From positions 4,032,001 to 4,096,000 of the forward strand of contig CM052817.1 of the NCBI GenBank assembly GCA_028534125.1: a stretch of 64,000 nt of DNA, given 5' to 3'. This stretch comes from Lama glama. Its lineage: Eukaryota. Both the position numbers and the translations under genes were made by a program. Of this stretch, positions 36,201-48,670 are shown piece after piece. The notes under the pieces are model-generated. The model saw only the letters and a program-made list of their open reading frames with translations, had not been told where the DNA came from and did no database searches. How positions within the stretch are numbered: the first letter of the stretch is position 1; each line of letters starts with the position of its first letter.

Positions 36201-36376
36201 GCAGGGAGGGTGTAACTTAGTGGTAGAGTTCATGCTTAGCAGGCACACAGTCCTGGGTTCAAGCCCCCAGCACCTCCTTTAAAAAAATAAACCTATAAGT
36301 AAAATAATAACCCAACCCCAAAAAACAACATAAATAAAAATCTTGCAGGGAAAGGCTTTAAATAAATAAATAAGTA
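36201..36376 (+). mobile_element. tRNA-derived SINE, camelid Vic-1-like
   Basis: gggagggtgtaacttagtggtagag...gtcctgggttcaagccc, A-rich (AAAT)n tail; TSD gaaggactgtt (36190-36200) / gaaggagtgtt (36377-36387). Confidence 0.85.
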
Positions 36377-36799
36377 GAAGGAGTGTTCATGAGGAAAGAT
36401 TTTGAATCATCTCCTCATCTGGCATTTGTTCATGCAGCAGACACCCCGGGTGCCTCTGTGGGCTGGCTGTGTGCGAGGGAACCAGGGCGGCATAGACCTC
36501 AGTGAGACAGGGTCCCTGCCCTGGGGCTGAAGGTGGGGGAGACGGGCTCGTGTGCAGCGTGGTGATCTGGAGGAGGTGAGGTCTGCAAGGATGAGCAGAT
36601 GGTAGGGCCTGCCTTGGTGTTAAGGAAGAGACTACAACCTCTGTGCAATGATCCAGAAACATCAAACAATTGGATTGGCTGGAAGGTGAGGAGGGAGAAA
36701 TGGCCCAAGGTGAGACTGGGGAAAGGCAGGCAGCGCAGGGCCATCCTCACGGCCTTGAATGCATGCCCATCAAGGCCTTCTCTTGTGGGCAGTGGGGGG

Positions 36800-37299
36800 N
36801 NNNNNNNNNNNNNNNNNNNNNNNNNNNNNNNNNNNNNNNNNNNNNNNNNNNNNNNNNNNNNNNNNNNNNNNNNNNNNNNNNNNNNNNNNNNNNNNNNNNN
36901 NNNNNNNNNNNNNNNNNNNNNNNNNNNNNNNNNNNNNNNNNNNNNNNNNNNNNNNNNNNNNNNNNNNNNNNNNNNNNNNNNNNNNNNNNNNNNNNNNNNN
37001 NNNNNNNNNNNNNNNNNNNNNNNNNNNNNNNNNNNNNNNNNNNNNNNNNNNNNNNNNNNNNNNNNNNNNNNNNNNNNNNNNNNNNNNNNNNNNNNNNNNN
37101 NNNNNNNNNNNNNNNNNNNNNNNNNNNNNNNNNNNNNNNNNNNNNNNNNNNNNNNNNNNNNNNNNNNNNNNNNNNNNNNNNNNNNNNNNNNNNNNNNNNN
37201 NNNNNNNNNNNNNNNNNNNNNNNNNNNNNNNNNNNNNNNNNNNNNNNNNNNNNNNNNNNNNNNNNNNNNNNNNNNNNNNNNNNNNNNNNNNNNNNNNNN
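36800..37299. other. Assembly gap (500 N) with G-rich flanks
   Basis: Run of exactly 500 N, flanked by agtgggggg and tgaggggtgagg. Confidence 0.95.
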
Positions 37300-40200
37300 T
37301 GAGGGGTGAGGCCACCACTCAGCCCCCTGCAATGGAGAAAAATACCTCTCTCTCAGCCAAGAGGTGAGGACCAGATCGAGCCTGCCTTCTCCCTTCATCC
37401 TCTCCGCGCCGCCTGCTCCTCCCTCCACCTACCTGTGTCTGACAAACTTTCCTTGTAGGGAAAACCATCCTGAGCTGCCAAAGTGTGATTGGAAGTTAAA
37501 CAAAAGCCAACAGACACTTGGAGTACAATCAGATAGAAAAATAGAAATGAATAATTCATCCAGCTTTGCCAGGGGGAGGGGGGCTCAAAAATGAGTCTGA
37601 TCATGCTCGTTCCCAAGTGAGGTCAGTCCTACCGTGAACTTTGCTGTGAACATGAATCCATGCACGTGGGATTCATGCAGCTGGCTCTGAAATGGCACCG
37701 GGTGGGGGGCCTAGGGGTTAATCCTCAAAATGAAAGGGCATTCCAGGGTCATACTCAACTCTTAATTTTGTAAATGAGGTAAACCGAGGTTTACAGAATG
37801 GAAATTATTTTTGCACATGGAACTGAACATTCCAGAGAGAGGTAAGACTGGGCACCAAGCACAAAGGCCCCGACTTCCAACCCAGCACCAGTCCTGCCAA
37901 GGTCAAGGCCACCAAGTACGGTCACTCTGGACCAAGTGTCTCAAAGTCCGCAGACTTTGGGTGGGAGCCCCAAGGATGTTTGTGGTGTCTGTTCTGGATG
38001 TAATTACTGCACTGCAGAGGCTTCTCCGCCCCTATTCCCTTGTCAGGAGTCTGTCTTCAGGCCCCTGCTTTGTGACGTGACCACGGGGCTTCAGCAGGGA
38101 CAGCCTCACTCGATAACTCACCTCTCACGCGCCTGATGGCCAGCGAGGAGCCAGGCACCCACAGGGAGGTCCTTGTGCTGTGACAAGTGAAGCCAGAGGT
38201 CTTGGAGAGGCCCTCTGGGACCAGGTGACCAGATGGCCACTCCCTGAGGACACCGTGCTGTCCTGGAGAAGCCGAGTGTGGCCATGTGCTGAGGATTCAG
38301 AGGCACACTTTGGCTGTTACTGTGATTTTGTCTTCCTCCACCAGTGTCATGTAGAAACGAAGCTCTGGGTTTTACGTCGTCTTTCCCCAGCACCCACTGT
38401 ATCAGGTCCCTTGTTTGAAACAGCAAGAGAGATTCCCTGAGTGTCGCAGGGGCTACAAGAACCACAGGCCAGGGCTGTTGGCGGGACCCAGGCATTGGAG
38501 ACTGTCTCCCCAGCCCGCACACAGGGTCCTTGGTCTGCGTGGGTCGCCCCTTGGCCAGCTGTGTGTCGCCCAGGTTCAGGCGTGTTTGATCTGCGTAGTC
38601 CTGGTTTGGGCATGTTCACTGCAGAGGGCTGTGGACTTATGTGAGCCCTGTGGACTCAAACCACCATGGCCTCGTTCAGATTTCTAACTCGTGTTTGAAG
38701 AAGGCCAAAGCTGGATGTGGCTGTGCTGAGGCTGTCAGGAGCGGTTACTGTGATCTGGGTCCCGTGAAGCAGGAAACACGTGCTCTGTAATCACCCATTT
38801 GCTTGGCCTTGGCCCCTGGAGGAGTCTGGGACCAGGGTCTGGGGGCCTGGGAGACGAGGCTCCTGAGCGTTCTCTCTGGCCACAGCGTCCGCAGCCTCAG
38901 GTTAGAAAGATGGTTCATACACCCTCCAGCTTTAGTCTCCATGATCTGGAGGGTTTAGACATCATATCGCTGATCCTTCTCCATTGGGCTGGGCTCTAGA
39001 GCCGAGGCCAGAAAGGAGAGAGATTGTGGACACTGACTCAGCTGAGAAGCTTAGGTGATCCTGAGGTAACAAAGGGAAAGTGTCAGAGGCCGACAGCAGT
39101 CCACTCACGCCGCATGTCCACCGCAGGTCACCCGAGGCCCCCGGCACAGCATGTGCTGGCCCTCAGAGCTTCAGCCGGAGAATGACACGTGTCACATGTC
39201 ACTTCTGCCCCCCATTCACTGGCAAAAGCAGCAAGTCAGGACGGCCCGAGTCCCCTCGGGTCCGCAGGCAGGTCTCCCAGGGGCGTTCGGAGAACCACCT
39301 GCAGGCAAAGCCTCCTCACTTCACCTTGAGTCCTGCGCCCCCAGGGGGTACAAGCCTGCGAAACACGGTGAGAACACGCGTCCCCCGACAAGTGACGCAA
39401 CCCGGACTGGAACCCCACCTGCGTGCCGTGGGGCCTGGCCCTTCCGTTTCCACCAGGCCCCCTTTGGCTTTTGGGTCCCAAGCCCTGTGAGAGAATCTAG
39501 TCCCTGTTTGCAGAACACCCGACGGGCGCTGATCTGACGTGTGTGGCGTTTCGGAGGCGGCGCCACCTTTCCTCCAGGTACGGCGCTGAGTTCAGCAGGA
39601 AGCCAGAGCCGTTCCGAGCAGGCAGAGCCTCGTGGAAAGTCGTCTGTGGGCGCCCAGGCCGTAGGCGTTCGGGCGACAGGTGGACGCTGATGGAACCCGC
39701 GTCCCAGAAGCCGTGGTTCTTTTCCTCTCTCACTCTTGTCTCTCGTTTTCTTCATGCCTTGCTCCCTGCTTCTTGCACCAGGAGGCCGCGGTCCCTGGGA
39801 CACCAGCCCCAGCACTGATGCCCGGGCCGTCTCTCCTGTTTGACGTGATTCTAAGTTTCTCCTCAGCGATGTGCTTCTCACAAGCAAGGTTTGAGCGTTT
39901 GCACTGAGACCCTCCTCAGTGCCTCTGGTTGCAGATCCAGCTGTCTTTTCTGATGGTTTATAAACTCTCGTGTTGACAGAAGTCAGAAAATGCCTCTCTC
40001 TTATTGAGAGAGGAAGCAGCCTGGGGCAGGGTGGGCGGGGCCCTGACGGCAGAGGAGTCTCAGAGTTTCAGCCGGTGTTTTCCAGATAAAAAAAAATAAA
40101 AACAGCAACTGACATTCGCTGAGCCCTGCGCTGTGTCAGGCAGTCGCCAAGAGCTCTGCCTCCTCTAATCCTCATGGCAAACTCATGAAGTCAGGACCGT

Positions 40201-40872
40201 TAGCCCATTTTACAGATGAGGAACCTGAGGTATGGGGGACTGGTAGGGGGGAACTCGCCTGGGGTCACACAGCCAGGAGGTGGCAGAGCGAGGATTCTCT
40301 GACTCCAGGGCTCACGTGAGATGAAGAGGAAGGAGGGGGCATTTCCATCCGAGGGAGCAGGCTGTGCAGATACCCCACGGGGCCTGGGAGACTAGAGACA
40401 GCGGGTGTCGCTGTCCAGGAGGAAGTGCCTCAGGGAAGAGCAGCTACTAGGATCTGAAGGTGAAAAGGTAGAAAGAAGCCAGGGATTGCCAGGCCTTGAG
40501 TGCCCCACCCAGGGGTTCCAGTCTGCTGTTGTAGGCGATGGAATGGACAGGAATCTAGTCTCATTTACTGCTGAGTCACCCTGGACACGTTTAATCTCTC
40601 TGGGGCTGGGCAGCCGATGGGCACCGGCTGGAGGGAGGGTACAGTCCAGGAGGGAGGTGGTGGGTCCAGCCTTATGGGGACAGCGGATGTGGGCACCCAG
40701 AAGGCTGTCCTACACCCAGGCCTGCAGCTTCCGGACGCTCTGGGGCAGGATGTTTGTCCAGGAGCCTCGGAGGTGGGTGTGCCGGGGAGAGGCATGGGGT
40801 GTCTGAGCCGGGGAAAGCAGAGCAGCCAGGGCGCCCTCCCTTCACCGCCCCTTCCTTGACCGGGCTGCCCAG

Positions 40873-41037
40873 ACATTGTGGACATCAAGCCAGCCAACAT
40901 GGAGGACCTCACAGAGGTGATCACCGCGTCCGAATTCCATCCGCACCACTGCAACCTCTTCGTCTACAGCAGCAGCAAGGGCTCCCTGCGCCTCTGTGAC
41001 ATGCGGGCAGCTGCCCTGTGCGACAAGCACTCCAAAC
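40873..41037 (+). CDS. PPP2R2C: PPP2R2C coding exon 6 (165 bp): (N)[23 protein letters not shown]...LCDKHSK(L)
   Basis: U12-type branch TTCCTTGAC then cAG at 40871-40872; donor AAC|GTAAGT at 41038; phase 1 to 1. Confidence 0.96.
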
Positions 41038-44000
41038 GTAAGTGCACCCACTGGCCAGGGTTAGCGCAGCGGGTGGGCGTGGGCAGGGCTGATCCTGATG
41101 CTGCAGCCTCAGGAGGATGGACAGGGCATGAGGCTGTTCTGGATGGACTGGGGGTGGGCTCAGTACTGCTTTAGGGCTGTTGACAGGGGGAACTTGGTCC
41201 TGCCCCTCACTGCCCACACCCCAAGTCCCCGCACACATCAAGACTGTCCAGCTTCCAGCGGTCAGGCAGCTCAGGCGAGAGCCAGGGAGTGCGCTGGGCA
41301 CTGGAAGCCAAGGAGGGACCACATTCATTGGTCGCCTCCTTCAGGAAGCCCTCCCTGACCCCCACACTGGACCAGGTCCCTCCTCTGTGCTCCCGGAGCC
41401 CCCAGCACTTCCCTCTCACAGACTGGCCACACCCTGTGGAGCTTTCAGTGACCACTCCGTCTCCCCTAACTGTCTGTCATCTCCTCAGGGTCACCTCATG
41501 CTGGAACCCACCACAGGGCCAGCTGTGGTTTCCATGGAGGTGCCAAGGAGATGTGGGGCTAAACAAGGACCGAGGGAACCTAATATGACAGCCACCACCA
41601 CACACGGCAGCTCACTTGGACACCTGAGCCAGGCACCTGGCTCTCTGCCTGTATCATCCCATTCAACATCATACAAGCTCCCAGGGAGTCTTGCAACCAA
41701 AAGGGAAACTGAGGCTCCAGGGATGGGCCCAAGGTCACCCACGCTGAAGAGTGGCAGAGCAGGACTTGAACCTGGGACTCTGGGGCAGCCTGACTCACCC
41801 CCGGGGCTGGGCTGTGCCAGTGGTGGCTCACTAACACGGCGCTCCCCAGAGGCACCTGAAGGCAGAGGATCAGGCCACAGCATCTTCCCTGGATGACCTT
41901 GTGGGAATAGCAGGGGAACAGGGACAGATGTGGCTCCAGCCAGAAGGGCAGGGACTTGGGTCCACATCTGTATCTACCCCAGTGCCTACAGTAGTGTCTG
42001 GAAATACACACTTGTTGAATGAATGAATGAATGAATGAGTAGTGACCAGTCGGCACCTGTGGGGGCATTATCAGAGTTTTGGTGAAGGAGCCAGAAGGCC
42101 ACTGGGCGGGTCACTCTCTCCCCTGCCCAGGCCCCAGCCTGGTTTCCCTGGGCAGCCAGAGCCGGCGGGAGGCGCAAGCCCCCAGGCGCTCAGGCCCCTC
42201 CTCCTCCCTCCTTGGCCAAGTTCTGTCCCTTCTTCGTTCACCCCACTGTCCACCTCTGGGCTTGTCCACATCTGCAGACACTTTTCCGGCCTTCCTCACG
42301 CCCACAGCTGGGCAGGACAGCCGCTGTCTGGGTTTGTGCTCATCCACGAGCCCCAGGGCCTCTCCAGGGGGGCCCTGGGAACGCCTTCTCCCTGGGCTCC
42401 GAGCCTTCCCCTGAGGGCTGAGCTGTCCGCACTCAGGGCGGGGAGAGCAGAGCTCCCTCTCTGGGCAGAGCGGGGCCACCAGGGCACTCCACGTGTCACA
42501 CGCAACCGCCACCGCCCAGGCAGGCGGTCTGCCCCTGCTGTGCCCCCAGCCCTGCTCCTGGCACTGAGGTGCAGGAGGGACCGATCGGTAGTCAGCTCCT
42601 AACTAGGTGATGTGATGCTGAGAGGTGCTGAGTGGTATAAACAGCCACCAAATGAGCCGAGAGCAGGGAAGGGCACCTCACTGAGGAGGTTACAGTGGAA
42701 CAGTCTCTCTGAGAGGGTGCGCCATGCAGAGCTCTGGGGGAGGAACCTTCTAGAAAGGGGCAGAGTCTCAGACATGAGGGTGCACCAGGGCGGCCAGACG
42801 AGGATGTCTGTGTAATGGACTGTTGTTCAGACATTTAAAATACTGGCTTAGGAGGTTTTTAGTGACATGGGGAAATGATTATGTTAGAAGATGCCGTGGG
42901 GGGAAAATCAAGGCAGTGACTACTTCACCAAAAGAATGGAAACAAGAAACATGGAGAGAAATATGCCCAGAAACTGCCCCTGAGTGTGTGTGCGGGAAGG
43001 ACAGGATTTAGAGAGACTAGAGGTGGCGCTGTGCCCCCCACGCTGTTTGAATGACGTTCTTCGTGGGCTGGAGGTGGGAATCAGAGCCCCTCTTGGCGTT
43101 TGTGACTGTCAGCTGGCTCCCCAGGGGTCTGAACGAGCAGCCACCCACGCGGGCTGCCACCGTGTCCCGAGCCCAGCACACGCACGGATTCCGGGAACGT
43201 CACTGTCATACGCCTGGTGGTGGCAAGCTGGGTGTGAATCCGCCCACAAGCTCAAGTGCGAGAGCTGTAACTGTCTTTCGATGACCAACTCCGCTGAATT
43301 TGTCGCCCCCGCACCCGGGGCTGCAGTGAGCACTTGGGGCCACGTGGATTCCTTCTCTTCCCAGATCCCACTGAGGTTCCAGAAGGCTTGGGTGGGGCCG
43401 GGTGTGAGGAGAGGGGCATCGCACCTTCTGACCACCGTGGGCTTTTTGCAAAAATTTATGCTTTTTTGCATAAATGCTCACAGATGAAGTTGGCCTTTAA
43501 TTTTCTTTGCCTGTACACTTCGCCCAGTTTTGTTAAGATTATCGTTGTCTTGTAAAATGAGCTTTCTCTCTCTCTCTTTTCCTGGAACAGTTAGTATAAT
43601 GTGTCCACTCCTTGAAGTCTCAGTAAAACTCACTTGCTTAATCTTTTTCAATTATTGGTTTATATAGGCTGGCTGTTGGAGTTACTGTTGTGTTAAAAAG
43701 GTTATGTTTTAAATTTTCCTAGGATTTTTTTTTCTTTCTCAAACTCGGTGTTTGAAACAGGAACTTTCTCACTCATGCCAGTGAGAGGACTGCTGACTCG
43801 TCTTTGTGCCTTTGAAGTGCCTTTTTTCCCTCATGTAACTCGCCGTGACTACGTAGTAGGGAGGCAATACCTGCCTCGCTGTGCGCTTTCTCCAGATCAC
43901 GTTTGCTCCAAGGCCTCACGAGAAGCTGAGCACGCAGACGAGTGTCCACTAGGGTGTCATTGGTCTGGTTTTTAATCACAGCAAGTGGTGGGTATTCGAG

Positions 44001-44508
44001 CTAGATTTCTTTTCTTTAAGGAGGCTTGGAGGTTGGAACCTGTTCTTTATGTCTTGCTTCTCCCAATTTATCCAGCTGTGACGCAGAACTCAGGGAGGGG
44101 GTAGCGGACTGTGACACCCCTAGAGATGCATGGTCACCACCTCCTTTCCCCAACCGGCAGGTAAGACAGTGGTTTTCTGTCCACTGAATGAAGGGTGTCT
44201 GGGATCAGGTGCTGACTTCTGCTTTCGGACAGATGAGGAAGCCGAGGTCCAGAGAAGTGCGGTGGCTGCCCAGCCCCTCCCCGTCAGCGGCAGAGCTGCA
44301 GATCACAGGGCGGCTGCCGCCCAGCCCACAGCGTCCTGTCTTTCTCCAAAGCAGTAGAAATCCAGGTCTTTTGTCTGTTAGTCATTATGACAGGGTAACC
44401 ATGGAAACAGCCGTGCTGGAATCTTCCAAATAAACAGTTATTTCTGCTTTTAACTGAAGGGACGTGCAAGAGCAGAGCAATTTCTTAGAAGAGATGGTGA
44501 AGACAGCC

Positions 44509-44522
44509 GCTCCCCCTGGTGG
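44509..44522 (-). promoter_or_regulatory. CTCF motif
   Basis: Minus strand CCACCAGGGGGAGC, one deviation from the core. Confidence 0.55.
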
Positions 44523-44703
44523 GCCCCCACTACGTGCCGGCCTGGGGCTGGGGGAAGCGGTAGCCGCAGTTAACACTGGTCAAGTGTTCGCATCACGCCA
44601 GGTGCTGCTCTGAGTTTCCTTCCCATAAATCCTCCGAGCGGCCCTAGGATGGAGCCTAGGATGGAGGTACTTGATTATTCATTTTGCAGGTGAGGAAACT
44701 GAG

Positions 44704-45130
44704 TGTGTTGGTTTCCTGTGGTTGCTGTACAATTTCCACAAACTTGGGGACTTAAACAACACAAATATATTTGTTTACAATTCTAGCGGTCAGAGGTCTA
44801 AAATTCAGGTGTCGCCAGGGCTTCACTCGTTGTGTTTCCTTGTCTTTTCTGGCTTCTTAGAGGCCACCTACAGTCCTCAGCTCGTGGCCCCTTCCGTCTT
44901 CAAAATGCATCACTCCAACCCCTGCTTCCATCATCCCATCTCTTCTTCTGCCTTTGACCTCCCTACGTCCGTCCTGTGATAACAGTGGGCCCATCCAGAG
45001 AATCCAGGGTAACCTCTGCAGCTCGAGACTCTTACCTTACTCACTTCACATGTGCAAAGTCTTTTGTCATGTAAGGTACCCTATGTACAGGCTCCAGGAA
45101 TTAGGATGTGGACATCTTTGGGGACCTGGC
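44704..45130 (-). mobile_element. MaLR LTR (MLT1-type) nested in a MIR
   Basis: tgtgttggtttcctgtggttgctgtacaatttccacaaacttggggacttaaacaac; MIR halves at ~44670-44703 and ~45145-45200. Confidence 0.75.
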
Positions 45131-47580
45131 TTATCATATGGAAGCACAGAGAAGTGAGGACACTTCCTCAAGGTCACACAGCTAAGTAGAGCCAAGATAG
45201 AGGCTCCAATAATCTCATGCCTATCAGCCTGTGCTTTCTGACTTAATCTTCACAGAAGCCTCAAGAACTAAGAACTCTTGGGGGGATTGTGGGTGAGCCA
45301 AGTTCATTTAAAGGAACTGGGTGGGATAGACTCCCAGGACTCACCCCTGGTAATGGATCTGGGGTAGAAAGACCAGACCCCGTCCCCCTCTGTTGCGGAG
45401 GCTCCAGATCTCTGGGGGCAGAGTCAGGCTAAAGTCCGCAGCAGAGGGCACGGCCGGTGCAAAGGCCCTGCAGCTGGATCCTGAGGCCGGTGCAGCAGGA
45501 GAGCGTCGGGGAAGGTGGGAGGTGAGGTCAGATGTGCATGGAGAGAAGAGGGTCCGAATCAGGAGGGCTTTACCAACCGGGGCCTGGGCTCTGGGTTTAC
45601 CACCGGGGGCTTTGACCAGGCTGTGTTTTAACAGGACCCTTCAGCCCACTGAGTGGCGAATAATCTGTGGGGCGAGGGTGGATGTGGGGGCCAGCTGGGA
45701 GATCACCGTAACCCCGGTGAAGGGGGCTGATGCCCAGAGCAGGGTGGGCGTGGTCAGTGAAGGGAGTGAAGCCGGGCATCCGCAGCGCCCGCACGGAAGG
45801 TCGGCTTTGCCCACGGCTGCACGGAGGGTGGGAGAGGGGGTGAGGGATGGCCGCAGGCTTCGTGCGGAGAGGGGGCGCCAGCCTTTACGGAGCAAGCCGA
45901 CTGCTGAGTAAGAGGGAGCGCTACAACGGGGACATTTCTGAAGCCTTCGCAGCTGCCCCGATGCAGGTGGTTTTAATTAAGGGGGTCACAGGAGACGTCG
46001 CTGCACCTTGAAGAATAAAAAAGAGTGAGTCTGGGACGAGAAGGGGCAGGGTGAAGGGGGCTGCAGATGGGGTGATGGGACAGCCATGGGGTGCAAAGAC
46101 AGAGAAGTAGGGGGCAGCTCATGCAGGGCCAGGGGCCACAGGTTGGGTGGATTTTATTTTGTCCAGTGGGGTCCATCACATGGTGCTGAGCAGGAGACAG
46201 TTATAATCGTTGTTAACCCGCCATCGGTGAGTGTTCTCTGTGCCCACTGCCTTGCCTTGTAATGAGTCACTCACTGTCCCTGCCCCCTCTGCACAGTCTC
46301 AGCTGTTCTGGTGGCAGGGGAGCAGGGGGTCAGGGGCGGGAAGGCAGTCTCGTAGGAGACACCCCCCCAACAGTGGCATCATGAAGAGTGACAGGTGCCG
46401 GGAACCCAGGGGTCCCCTGTGATCCACACCCCCGCTGCTTCTCCTGCTGCTGCATGGATGCCCCCCGACCCCAGTTCCTCCTGGTGCCCGAGGCGGGACT
46501 GGCCTGGACACATGTGTCCTCATTCACGTGGATGTTCTCACACATCAGAGCAGAGGAGGGACCCGTCGCCAGGGCAACCAGGAGCAAGGACCCGGCAGCA
46601 CCCACCTACTCCTCGAGCCTGTCTCCTCCTGTGCTCTCCGCCTCCGTGGACCTGCAGCGCCACCTCCGTTATGTCTGTGATCCTCTCCGCGGTCTCACTG
46701 AGACCAACTGCACTGTGTCCTGATTGTGTGGCTGAAGCCAGTGCAATTCTTCCGTCTAACTCTGAACCTCCCATCACCCCAGACCCATCTGATAATTTCT
46801 GCCTGCTCAGTTTAACCCCCACCTCCCTACCCATTCCCGGAGAAGACCATCCACCATTTTGACAACAAGAGTGGTATGTAGCAGGTGCCACTGGCAGGGA
46901 CACCGAGCAAGAGCCACAGGCCCTCAGAGGCCACTTCCAGCAGATACAAGCTTCACTGCTGGGCCCGGAAACTTAAGTGGAATCATATCAGGTGAAGGGA
47001 GAAATTTGTCTGGAAAGGGAAGAGACCACATGGGCAGGCAGCACCTGGAGGTTCTGTCCACTCTGTGAGTGAGGCTGAGCTCTGAGCCTGGCTCCAGGCT
47101 GGGCAGGGATGCCAAGATGACCCATGACAGAGGCAGGACCCCCTGCTCTAGGAGCTCACAGCCCCATGAGGTGACCATGCATCTTCACCAATGACTTATA
47201 AGAGGGTACCCTGGGGCTCTTTGATAAGCAAGTGTGAGCATTTACTTTCTTTGGAAAGCATCTGGACAAGAAGCACAAAGAACAAGACATTTGAGCTGGG
47301 GTTCTGAAGGATGTGTAGGAGTTGGTAGGAAAGATAGGGGCAAAAAATTGGAAAGGAAATTTCAGGGAGAGAAAACAATGTGAAAAAATAAATATAAAAA
47401 CAGCTACACAGTTTTATGGAGCAGCTACTCAAGTCCCTCACAGAACAGGTGCTTCCAGGTATTACCTCTGGGAGTCGCATCCTGCTTGTTCTCCGGGTGA
47501 GGGAATTTGGGCTCAGAGAGGTTCAGGGGCTTACCTGAGGTCACACAGTGCTTTGTTCTGCTCTACTGCTTGGTACATGG

Positions 47581-47697
47581 CAGGGCAAGGACTAGGATGA
47601 GGTGAGCGAGATGCCTAAGGCACGATGGACCCTGAGAGTTAGTTGTTCAATGAGTTCCCCTGGGGGTCTTGCTTGTCTCACCCCATCTGAGGCTCTG
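47581..47697. mobile_element. MER91-like DNA transposon relic
   Basis: cagggcaaggactaggatgaggtgagcgag start and a roughly complementary end (ttgcttgtctcaccccatctgaggctctg). Confidence 0.45.
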
Positions 47698-48151
47698 GAC
47701 CCTGGGACCCTGGGAAAAGGCATTGGAATGTGGCTGCAAGAGGGGAATTTGGGCATGTGAGGCTGGGGCAGCAGACTGGTTGCAGCCCAATTAGGAAGGA
47801 GCTTGTCAGCTACTTAGAGGGGCTAGAACCTTGATCCTTGGGCACTGGGAGCCATGGAGGACTTTAAGCAGAAGAGGGACGCATCAGCGTTGTGCGTGAG
47901 GCTGGAGAGGAAGGCTGGCCCCACCTGAGGCTACATTTCTATTTCCTCAGATCACAGGTGCTTCAGAGCCTCCCCGGGACCCTTCACTTCACGCTGGCAA
48001 GCATGACGGGGAAGGGGCTCCCCACCCCGCCCCTGTAAGTGACAGCGACAACACCGTGAGACACCCAGAAAGGAAGATGTGCTTGTCAGGGAACCAGTTA
48101 GGGCTGCAAGAGCCTTAATTATGCAAAATCATTAGAAAGAGATAGGACCAT

Positions 48152-48498
48152 TAAAAAAAAAAAGACACAAATGAACTTATTTACAAAACAGAAACAGACT
48201 CATAGACTTAGAAAACAAACTTACAGCTACCAGAGGGGAAAGGAGGTAGGAAGGGATAAATTGGGAGTTTGAGATTTGCAGATACTAACTAATATATATA
48301 AAGTAGATAAACAACAAGTTTATACTGTAGAACACAGGGAACTATATTCAATATCTTATAGTAGCCTATAGTGAAAAAGAATATGAAAAGGAATACATGT
48401 GTGTACATGTCTGACTGAAACGTGACGCTGTGCACCAGAAGTTGACACAGCATTGTTAACTGACTATACTTCAATTTAAATTTTTTTTTAATTTTTAA
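48152..48498 (+). mobile_element. Younger L1 3' end (cetartiodactyl/camelid type) with perfect 16-bp TSD
   Basis: gacacaaatgaacttatttacaaaacagaaacagactc...; TSD aaagagataggaccat at 48136-48151 and 48499-48514. Confidence 0.88.
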
Positions 48499-48511
48499 AA
48501 AGAGATAGGAC

Positions 48512-48670
48512 CATATGAAATAGATAAACAACAAGGTCCTAATATATAGCACAGGGAACTATATTCAATAGCTTGTACTAACTTACAATGACATATAATT
48601 GAATCACTATCCAGTACACCAAAAATTAACACAACATTGTAAACTGACTGTACTTCAATTTTTAAAAACT
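48512..48670 (+). mobile_element. Second, shorter L1 3' end at the same site
   Basis: aaatagataaacaacaaggtcctaatatatagcacagggaactatattcaata...; TSD gagataggac at 48502-48511 and 48671-48680. Confidence 0.8.

Larger units (their letters stand above)
23158..40872 (+). other. U12-type (minor spliceosome) GT-AG intron between exons 5 and 6
   Basis: 5' site GTATCCTTT matches the U12 consensus; branch TTCCTTGAC at 40852-40860, with its A 13 nt upstream of the terminal G; no polypyrimidine tract between branch and AG. Confidence 0.93.

Noticed and set aside
828..36376. Inverted SINE pair driving a circRNA of exons 2-5
   Set aside because: The copies are 35 kb apart and diverged, and the exon 5 donor is U12-type while the exon 2 acceptor is U2-type.
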